Source: an archaeon | GTDB lineage: Archaea > Iainarchaeota > Iainarchaeia > Iainarchaeales > CSSED10-239 | Assembly: GCA_035387745.1 (NCBI GenBank) | Contig: DAOOON010000001.1 | Coordinates: 1-29,413, forward strand | Length of the DNA: 29,413 nt | Direction of reading: 5' to 3' | Shown here: positions 22,808 through 29,413 of the stretch, piece by piece | How the letters are laid out: every line of letters starts with the position of its first letter | How positions within the stretch are numbered: position 1 is the first letter of the stretch | The notes under the pieces: generated by a model | What the model was told of the DNA's origin: nothing | Seen by the model: the letters and a program-made list of their open reading frames with translations, nothing else | The model's database searches: none | Position numbers and translations under genes: made by a program

Positions 22808-23656
22808 ATGCATAGGTTAGTAAAAATCAGAAAACCGCCAGTTAATGCAGAAATAAAAATCGTTAGGCACAGAGTTACAACTGAAAAATTAGATTCTTCT
22901 AATTTTAATAGTTCTTTTATTAGTGAATTAAAGTTTTCAAAAGATGCTAAAGGAAAACCTCTAAAAATTGGAGAAGGACTTCATGAACAATTTCTTGGAA
23001 CAATTATTTTTAAAGACGGCTCTAAGAAAAGAGTTGCAATAAAAAGATTTAATGAGCTTCTTAAATTAGATGATTTTTCTGCAAAGAAGTATCAGCACGT
23101 TATTGATGCGCTAAGGCAAATAGAATTAGAGCACGACGTTGTTTTTCCTAACAGACAGATAGGAAAAGCAAAGATGATACCAAAGATGGCAATGGTAAAG
23201 ATTCAAGAGAAAGGCAAAGATCCAGAATGGGTATTGGTTTCTCAAGCTTTTGTCAAGAATGGTAAATCTAAATTAAAACCTAATAATGACGTGATTATAA
23301 ATAAATTAAATATTTCAGAATATACTTGGGGTTTACTTAAGCTTGGCGAAAGTGGATTTATGAAAGAAAGTTCGCTTGGCCTTGTGGCAGATTTGTTTGC
23401 ACACCACAAAAGCGGGTCATTAATTCCAATAGATATGGATTTTGCGCAATTGATTGATTTTAAAAAGAGAGACCGTAACACTAGAGCAAACGATATTTTA
23501 AGAGCGTTATCCCAGCAGGCGCAAAGCATTTCAAAAAATAAAGATAATATTAATTCAGTATATAAAACATTAGTTATAGAATTATTAAAGCACAAAATGG
23601 ATCCTAAAGTAAAGGATCTTTTGATAAGCTATAGAAAAAAATATTTAATAAAGTGA
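22808..23656 (+). CDS. Hypothetical protein with protein-kinase-like (PKL/APH-like) motif order
   Basis: IGEGLHEQFLG (aa 54-64) looks like a Gly-rich loop. It is followed by KRVAIKRF (VAIK Lys79), a hinge-like WVLVSQAF, a catalytic-loop-like LVADLFAHH (D195) and a DFG-like IPIDMDFAQ (D209/D211). The spacing is kinase-like. It ends 4 nt before herA. Confidence 0.35.
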   Translation: MHRLVKIRKPPVNAEIKIVRHRVTTEKLDSSNFNSSFISELKFSKDAKGKPLKIGEGLHEQFLGTIIFKDGSKKRVAIKRFNELLKLDDFSAKKYQHVIDALRQIELEHDVVFPNRQIGKAKMIPKMAMVKIQEKGKDPEWVLVSQAFVKNGKSKLKPNNDVIINKLNISEYTWGLLKLGESGFMKESSLGLVADLFAHHKSGSLIPIDMDFAQLIDFKKRDRNTRANDILRALSQQAQSISKNKDNINSVYKTLVIELLKHKMDPKVKDLLISYRKKYLIK

Positions 23657-23660
23657 TATT

Positions 23661-25202
23661 ATGACAACAAAAGAAGAAAAAGGGATTGTAATTTCAACGC
23701 TTGACGGTCCATCAACCACAAAGCTATCTTTTGTTTGCACTAAAAATGACGTCTTTAAAGGAGAATATATTCAGATTGATTATTCTCAAGGTTCTCTTAT
23801 TGGTATAGTAACAGATGTCATAAAAAGAAATAGATATTTTGAAAATTCTGATTCTGTTAAGGATTTTGAAAATAACGACATAGATATAAAACGATTATTC
23901 CCAAGCGACGAGTGGGAGTTTTTAGAAGCCATTGTTAAGCCTCTTGGCGTTTATTCTGTTGCAAACGGCTTTACAAGAACAAATCTCCCGGTTTCTCCTG
24001 GACAGAAGGTTTTTCTTGCAGATCCAATAGTGCTTTCTAAGTTTTTGCATTTTGATAAGTCTGGAGTTTTCTTAGGCGCAATAGAGCATCCACATCTCGA
24101 TGTTACTCTTAATGTTGATAGACTTCTTCAAAAGCATTTAGCAATCCTTGCACAGTCTGGTGCAGGTAAAAGTTATCTAACTTCTGTAATTATTGAAGAG
24201 CTTTTGGACCGAACAAAAGAGCAAGGTCGAATTGCGGTAGTATTGTTTGATACTCATGGCGAGTATTCGTCTTTTGCTCAAAAACCAACAGATAAAGAAA
24301 AGATAGATTATTCTTCTAAAGTCACGCTTATAGATTCAAAGGACGTTAAGATTGGTTGTACTGGTCTTTCTGCGGGTTTCTATTCTACATTAATTCCAGA
24401 ACTAACTGCTCCTCAAAAAATAAGGCTTTCAAAAGTTATAACAAAATTAAATGAGGATAAAAAGCATGGTGCTGGTCCTTATTCTCTTTCAACCATTGTT
24501 AAAGAAATAGAAAATTCAGGAGAAGACGATAAGACGTTAAAGAATCTAAGAGACAGGCTTCTTGATCTTGAGCGTTTTAGGTTATTTGATAAGATTGATT
24601 ATCCTTCAATTAATGATATTGTTTCTCCAGGCAAACTAACAATCATTGATCTCTCAAGAGAAATTGACAAAAAGAAAAAGCAAATTATTCTTTATTATTT
24701 TGCTAACAAATTATTTAGAGCGCGAATGGAAAATAATTCTGTTCCGCCATTTACCTTGATTGTTGAAGAAGCACATCAGTATGCTCCTGAGATGGCAAGT
24801 CGTGAGAATGCTTTAGCAAAAAACATACTAGAGACAATTGCTAGAGAAGGTCGTAAGTTTGGAGCAAGCGTTTGGCTAATTTCTCAAAGGCCAGTTAAGC
24901 TTTCTACAACAATTCTTTCTCAAGCTAACACTCACATAATTCTAAGAATAACAAATCCTTACGACCTTAAACATATCGGAGAATCAAGTGAAGGCCTTGA
25001 TCAAAATTCCATTAATATGATAACTTCTCTAAGGGTTGGCGAAGCCTTAATTGTTGGAGAAGCCAGTAGTTATCCTGTTTTTTTTAAAGTGCGAAAAAGA
25101 AAATCACAAGAATCTCATCTTGATGTCTCGTTATCGGGCCTAGCCAAGTCCTTTGAAGACAAAAAAGAAAAAAACAATAAAGAGCTTGATGATTTAATCT
25201 AA
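23661..25202 (+). CDS. herA: HerA-type hexameric helicase/ATPase (FtsK-HerA superfamily, DUF87)
   Basis: An N-terminal HAS-barrel-like segment (GIVISTLDG...GEYIQIDY...LIGIVTDV) is followed by Walker A AQSGAGKSY, Walker B FTLIVEEAHQY and GRKFGASVWLISQRP. It is 513 aa. Confidence 0.85.
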   Translation: MTTKEEKGIVISTLDGPSTTKLSFVCTKNDVFKGEYIQIDYSQGSLIGIVTDVIKRNRYFENSDSVKDFENNDIDIKRLFPSDEWEFLEAIVKPLGVYSVANGFTRTNLPVSPGQKVFLADPIVLSKFLHFDKSGVFLGAIEHPHLDVTLNVDRLLQKHLAILAQSGAGKSYLTSVIIEELLDRTKEQGRIAVVLFDTHGEYSSFAQKPTDKEKIDYSSKVTLIDSKDVKIGCTGLSAGFYSTLIPELTAPQKIRLSKVITKLNEDKKHGAGPYSLSTIVKEIENSGEDDKTLKNLRDRLLDLERFRLFDKIDYPSINDIVSPGKLTIIDLSREIDKKKKQIILYYFANKLFRARMENNSVPPFTLIVEEAHQYAPEMASRENALAKNILETIAREGRKFGASVWLISQRPVKLSTTILSQANTHIILRITNPYDLKHIGESSEGLDQNSINMITSLRVGEALIVGEASSYPVFFKVRKRKSQESHLDVSLSGLAKSFEDKKEKNNKELDDLI

Positions 25203-25223
25203 TAAAATATATTTATTAAGTAT

Positions 25224-25697
25224 TTGGTTTTAATTATTATTATGTATTTTATGTCCTGGAACGAGCTTGAGGGGTTGTCTTTTGAGCTTATTAAAAAAAT
25301 TAAAGAAAAGAACAAGGATAAGCAAATAGATATTGTTATTTGTGTAAGTCGTGGTGGCCTTTTCCTTGGCAAGATTCTTTCTGAAATGCTTAATAAGCCA
25401 CTAGCTGTAATTTCTGCAAAATATCTGGGAGACAAATATACGGTAGGCACAATTTCTTCAATCTATCCAGTAAAAGGCAGAGTGCTATTGGTTGATGATG
25501 TTATGGAACCTGTAGTTCAAGATATTATAAAAGTCATAAAACAAAATAAGGCAGTAACGTCTGTAGAGCTTGCTTGTTTATTTTATAGAAAGAAAAACAA
25601 AAATTTCGTTCCAGATTTTTCAATTAACGAAATACATAATGAGATTTGGATAACTTTCCCATATCAAACCGAATGCTTAAAAGAGCATAGCTATTAA
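25224..25697 (+). CDS. Phosphoribosyltransferase-fold protein (Gpt-like) with degenerate PRPP loop
   Basis: DIVICVSRGGLFLGKILSEML, VLLVDDVMEPVVQ and WITFPY follow the xanthine-guanine PRTase architecture. The usual D-T-G-x-T after VDD is missing. The likely true start is the ATG at 25242 or 25251 (MSWNEL), since the track start is TTG. Confidence 0.6.
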   Translation: MVLIIIMYFMSWNELEGLSFELIKKIKEKNKDKQIDIVICVSRGGLFLGKILSEMLNKPLAVISAKYLGDKYTVGTISSIYPVKGRVLLVDDVMEPVVQDIIKVIKQNKAVTSVELACLFYRKKNKNFVPDFSINEIHNEIWITFPYQTECLKEHSY

Positions 25698-25698
25698 T

Positions 25699-26871
25699 AT
25701 GAATATTGCAATATTTACTGATAATTTTTATCCTCAGATTAATGGAGTAGTTACTGCAGTTCTAAATCTTGCTAAAGGCCTTGCAGATAAAGGTCACAAG
25801 ATCTATTTTGTTGCCCCAAAGTATAAAGGCGAAAAAGAATTTACTTATCCAAACATTACAGTAAGATATGTTGCAAGTAAGCCTGCCGGGTTTATCTATA
25901 AAGGCCTAAAGATTGTTTCTCCAATAAGTCGGAGAACAAAGAAGTTTATTAAAGACAATAACATAGATGTTGTTTATTTTGTAACGCCTTGGACAATTGC
26001 AGCAAAAGGGATAATTATTGCTAAGCAATTAAAGCTTCCAATTGTGGGAACCTACCATACCTTTATTTGTGAGAAGGAATGTTTAAAACACCTAAAACTA
26101 AATTATAATTTTGTAATAAAGTTTGCTTGGAAATACACAAATCTTTATTATAATACTTGTCAGATTGTAACTTGTCCCTCTGCGCTTACAAAAGAATTAT
26201 TGCTTAAAAACAAATGTAAAAGACCAGTAAAAGTAATATCTAATGGCCTTGATACATCCTCTTCTCCAAAATCAGAAATTCAAAAAATAAAAAAGAAGAT
26301 TAATTCTAAAGGGAAGACCTTGTTGTTTGTTGGTAGACTTGCTTACGAGAAGAATCTTTTATATCTTCTTGATTGCTTTAAAGAAATACATAATAAAAGA
26401 CCAAAAACAAAACTTGTATTAATCGGCGATGGTCCACAGAAGAAAGAAATTCTAAAAAAGATAAAAGAACTAAAATTAAAGGATTCAGTAAAGCTACTTG
26501 GCGCAGTAAAATATCAAGACTTGATGACAAAAGGCTATTACGGTGCTTGTGATATATTTGTAACCGCTTCAGAAATTGAAACCTTTGGCTTGTCTGTCCT
26601 TGAGGCGCAGGCAAACGGGCTAGTTTGTGTTGGCGTAAATAAAAGTGGAATTAAAAATTTAATCAAAAGTAATTATAATGGTTTCTTAGTTAATTCAAAT
26701 GATAAAAATGCTTTTTCTCAAGCAGCAATAAAACTAATAGATAATAAAAAACTATATTCTAAATTTAAAAAAAATAATAAGAAGTTGCTTGAAAAACACA
26801 AGATGGAAAATGTTATTTCAGAATATGAAAAGACGTTTAAGCAAGCAATAGAGATGTATAAATCTTCTTAA
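25699..26871 (+). CDS. Glycosyltransferase family 4 (GT-B fold)
   Basis: MNIAIFTDNFYPQINGVVTAVLNLAKGLADKGHKIYFVAP is a typical GT4 N-terminus. The C-terminal domain contains ETFGLSVLEAQANGLVCV, an E-x7-E motif. Confidence 0.85.
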   Translation: MNIAIFTDNFYPQINGVVTAVLNLAKGLADKGHKIYFVAPKYKGEKEFTYPNITVRYVASKPAGFIYKGLKIVSPISRRTKKFIKDNNIDVVYFVTPWTIAAKGIIIAKQLKLPIVGTYHTFICEKECLKHLKLNYNFVIKFAWKYTNLYYNTCQIVTCPSALTKELLLKNKCKRPVKVISNGLDTSSSPKSEIQKIKKKINSKGKTLLFVGRLAYEKNLLYLLDCFKEIHNKRPKTKLVLIGDGPQKKEILKKIKELKLKDSVKLLGAVKYQDLMTKGYYGACDIFVTASEIETFGLSVLEAQANGLVCVGVNKSGIKNLIKSNYNGFLVNSNDKNAFSQAAIKLIDNKKLYSKFKKNNKKLLEKHKMENVISEYEKTFKQAIEMYKSS

Positions 26872-26902
26872 TTTATATTTATTTTCTTTCTATATTATAT
26901 AA

Positions 26903-28141
26903 GTGAGTAATATTATGGATGAATCACAAGTTCTATTATTAAAGAAAAAACTTAAAGAAATTAAGACTTACAAAGGCGATGGTACACAACTAATAAGCCT
27001 GTATATTCCTCCGAATGCGGATAGGTCATCTGTTACTAAGCAATTAACTGATGAAATCTCACAAAGCTCAAACATTAAGTCTCAACAGACTAGAAAAAAT
27101 GTTCAAGCAGCTCTAAGAAGACTTACAAATTATTTAAGACAAATAGATTTTAAACTCCCAGAAACCGGTCTTGTTCTGTTTTCTGGTAATGTTTCTGAAA
27201 ATCCTGCAAAAAACGACGTTGTTCTTTTAACCGTTATCCCCCCAAAACCGCTAACTACAAAACTATATTGGTGTGATTCTGAGTTTCATATCGCGCCTTT
27301 AGAAGATATGTCTTTAACTGACGAAGTTTATGGCCTAGTTACTATTGATAAGCGAGAAGCCACTGTTGCAGTTTTAACAGGCAAATCTTATCACATAGTT
27401 GTTCATGAGACTAGTGGCGTTCCTGGTAAGACTAGAGCAGGTGGGCAGTCTTCTGTAAGATTTGAAAGACTAAGAGAAAAGGCTGCGCAGGATTTCTATA
27501 GACGAGTTGGGGAAAGAATGAGTATAAGTATGGTTGATATTCCAAAACTAAAAGGAATAATTGTTGGCGGGCCAGGAATGACTAAAAATGAGTTCTTAGA
27601 AGAAAGCGAATTGGATTACAGATTAAAAAATATGATAATGGGTACAGTTGATACAAGCTATACAGACGAATCGGGAATAAAAGAAATGCTTGATAAAGCT
27701 GGAGAGCTTTTAAAAGATGCAAGTATAATTAAAGAAAGACAACTGATAAATAAGTTTATAGAAAAGGTTGCAACAAATGGTCTTGCAACCTATGGTTATA
27801 ATGAAGTTATTGAAAGTATTATGCAAGGAAAGGCTGAAACAGTTATTGTTTCTGAAGGGTTAGAATGGAGTGTACATAAATATCAGTGCACATCTTGTGG
27901 GCAGTTTACCCCTAAAGTTATTAGAGATAAGAATAAGCAAGTAACTGTGCCAACAACTTGTCAATATTGCGAATCTTCAACAAATGAAGAAGAGGTAGAG
28001 ATTGCAGATCTTTATGAATATCTTGTTGATTTATCGTACAATTTTGGCACAAAAGTGGTTTTAATTTCTATAGAGACGCCAGAAGGAAATCAATTTCTAA
28101 ATACCTTTGGTGGTCTTGGTTCGTTTTTAAGATATAAATAA
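26903..28141 (+). CDS. prf1: Peptide chain release factor aRF1
   Basis: It has the NIKS motif (SSNIKSQQTRKN) and the GGQ motif (KTRAGGQSSVRFERL). The C-terminal domain carries a CTSC...CQYC mini zinc ribbon. The track start is GTG at 26903, and ATG at 26915 (MDESQV) is an alternative. Confidence 0.95.
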   Translation: MSNIMDESQVLLLKKKLKEIKTYKGDGTQLISLYIPPNADRSSVTKQLTDEISQSSNIKSQQTRKNVQAALRRLTNYLRQIDFKLPETGLVLFSGNVSENPAKNDVVLLTVIPPKPLTTKLYWCDSEFHIAPLEDMSLTDEVYGLVTIDKREATVAVLTGKSYHIVVHETSGVPGKTRAGGQSSVRFERLREKAAQDFYRRVGERMSISMVDIPKLKGIIVGGPGMTKNEFLEESELDYRLKNMIMGTVDTSYTDESGIKEMLDKAGELLKDASIIKERQLINKFIEKVATNGLATYGYNEVIESIMQGKAETVIVSEGLEWSVHKYQCTSCGQFTPKVIRDKNKQVTVPTTCQYCESSTNEEEVEIADLYEYLVDLSYNFGTKVVLISIETPEGNQFLNTFGGLGSFLRYK

Positions 28142-28149
28142 GTAAAATT

Positions 28150-29413
28150 ATGGATTTCAAATATATAACAACAACAAAAGGTGTTGGTGGAAGAATCAAG
28201 CAATTCTGTGAGGATTTTGTTGTTGAGGAGATAGGCTATACTTATTCTACAAACCTAACTTATCTTCCAGACAAGAAAGTTCCAGAACAGGATTGGCAAA
28301 AAATCTTTGAAGAAAAGAAAGACAACGACCAGCTTCTTGTAGATATGGAAAAGTTCAATCTTTCAACAACTACAGCAATTAACGAGATGTCAAGATTTTT
28401 AAGAACAAGTAAAAGTAGATTTGGCTATGCTGGCTTAAAAGACAAAAGAGCCTTAACAGTTCAGAGGATTTCTATTTTTGAACCAAACATGGAAAGGCTT
28501 TCAAAGTTTTATTTTAAGACAATTAAGATTTATAATCCGGTTTGGTCAAAGAACAGAGTAGATATTGGAGATTTAAAACAAAATCGTTTTACAATAACTT
28601 TTAGAAAAATAAATGGTTATTCCAAAGAAGAGTTAGAAAGATTATTTTTAGATTTTAAAAAACAGATAGAAAAAACCGGGCTTATCAATTACTTTGGTGA
28701 GCAGAGGTTTGGAGGAGTTAGAGATATAACTCACAGAGTTGGTAAATTAATTCTTCAAAATAACTATAAAGATGCAGTAATGCTCTATTTAACAGAGTCC
28801 ACGGATTTAGAAATTCCAGAACTTCAAAAAGCAAGACGCGAATTAAAAGAAGATAATAATTTCAAAAAACACGCTTATGATTTCCCTAGTGGAACAGGCT
28901 ATGAGAGAGTAATGTTAAACTACTTAGCAAACAATCCTGACAACTATCTCGGAGCTTTCAAAGCTTTACCAAAAGCTATTCAGTATCTTTTTATTCACGC
29001 ATATCAATCATATCTTTTTAATGAAATAATAAACGAGAGAATAAAAAGAGGTTACGGAATTGAAAAGATTGAAGGCGACACAATAATTAATGATGAAGTT
29101 GCAATTCCTCTCTTTGGCTTTTCTTCAAAATTCTCAGAAGGTCTTGCTGGAGTTATTGAGCACGAAATCTTGGACAGAGAAGGGGTTACGATTGATGCCT
29201 TCTTTAATAAAGACCATTCAGTCTTTTCCAGCAAAGGTGATTATCGCCCAATAAGGATTCCAGTTTATGATTTGCAACTTTTAGAAATCAAAGAAGATGA
29301 GAAAAACCAAGAAGAACTTCCTGGTTCTTTGTCTTTGACCTTATCCTTTACTCTTGACAAAGGCAACTACGCCACAAATCTTGCTAGAGAACTTATTAAG
29401 CCTGCGCCAGAAG
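28150..29413 (+). CDS. truD: tRNA pseudouridine synthase D (TruD/Pus7 family), 3' end outside window
   Basis: It is not in the ORF track because there is no stop in the window. Hand translation from the ATG at 28150 is open to 29413. It reads MDFKYITTTKGVGGRIKQFCEDFVVEEIG, FGYAGLKDKRALTVQRISI (catalytic Asp motif) and NYFGEQRFG. Confidence 0.9.
   Translation, partial: MDFKYITTTKGVGGRIKQFCEDFVVEEIGYTYSTNLTYLPDKKVPEQDWQKIFEEKKDNDQLLVDMEKFNLSTTTAINEMSRFLRTSKSRFGYAGLKDKRALTVQRISIFEPNMERLSKFYFKTIKIYNPVWSKNRVDIGDLKQNRFTITFRKINGYSKEELERLFLDFKKQIEKTGLINYFGEQRFGGVRDITHRVGKLILQNNYKDAVMLYLTESTDLEIPELQKARRELKEDNNFKKHAYDFPSGTGYERVMLNYLANNPDNYLGAFKALPKAIQYLFIHAYQSYLFNEIINERIKRGYGIEKIEGDTIINDEVAIPLFGFSSKFSEGLAGVIEHEILDREGVTIDAFFNKDHSVFSSKGDYRPIRIPVYDLQLLEIKEDEKNQEELPGSLSLTLSFTLDKGNYATNLARELIKPAPE

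Noticed and set aside
10864-23656. A shared basic N-terminal word in the lineage-specific ORFs: KIKILRAK in 10864, MKILRKL in 13114 and VKIRKP in 22808. It could be a targeting or common-domain signal.
   Set aside because: The words are only 4-5 residues long and made of K, I, L and R, the residues most favoured by this AT-rich codon bias. There is no further alignable similarity, so it is most likely compositional coincidence.
22808-23656. Possibility that the ORF upstream of herA is NurA.
   Set aside because: I saw no NurA-like catalytic Asp, Glu or His pattern near the N-terminus. The motif order fits a kinase-like fold better, and the protein is shorter than typical NurA.
27880-27990. 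A CTSC ... CQYC four-cysteine insertion in the aRF1 C-terminal domain, considered as a possible novelty.
   Set aside because: As far as I recall, a small zinc-ribbon or mini-domain at this position is common in the eRF1/aRF1 family. The NIKS and GGQ motifs are intact and all three stop codons are used in the window, so nothing suggests recoding.
1-29413. Search for tRNA or rRNA genes, C/D-box sRNAs, CRISPR repeats, IS elements, integrases and toxin-antitoxin pairs.
   Set aside because: The intergenic spacers are all 163 bp or shorter and contain only AT-rich promoter-like sequence. I found no C-box (RUGAUGA)/D-box pairs, no regularly spaced direct repeats and no transposase or integrase motifs in any frame I read.

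Overview
Compact, strongly AT-rich archaeal chromosomal segment with about 40 tightly packed genes. Many have overlapping start and stop codons, and I saw no rRNA, tRNA, CRISPR array or mobile element. Gene content and style suggest a small-genome, DPANN-like archaeon; this is inference only. The backbone is housekeeping and information processing: Orc1/Cdc6, PCNA, primase PriL and PriS, a GINS51-like protein, Rad50, HerA, RNAP subunits L and K, Csl4, tRNA-splicing endonuclease, diphthine synthase, Pelota, aIF2-alpha, aRF1, TruD (3' end runs off the window), ribosomal protein S17e, a Sec11-type signal peptidase and a PAC2 chaperone. There is also a bacterial-type iPGM, a GT4 glycosyltransferase and a PRTase-like protein. 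The standout feature is that ten genes in three loci carry class III (prepilin-type) signal peptides. (i) 1-1849 holds a tandem array of at least four paralogous pilins with a shared four-cysteine scaffold and variable cores. (ii) 3379-4837 holds four overlapping small pilin-like genes joined to the dphB-DUF357-endA operon. (iii) 15254-16346 holds a 59-aa Epd-like pilin gene (absent from the ORF track), a second pilin-like gene and an HExxH intramembrane metalloprotease-like gene. No pilus ATPase, platform protein or prepilin peptidase is in the window. Other oddities are rad50 without mre11 but followed by a JAB/MPN-like ORF, herA without nurA but preceded by a protein-kinase-like ORF, and several lineage-specific ORFs wedged into housekeeping operons. 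All family assignments come from motif recognition by eye and need HMM or structure searches to confirm.
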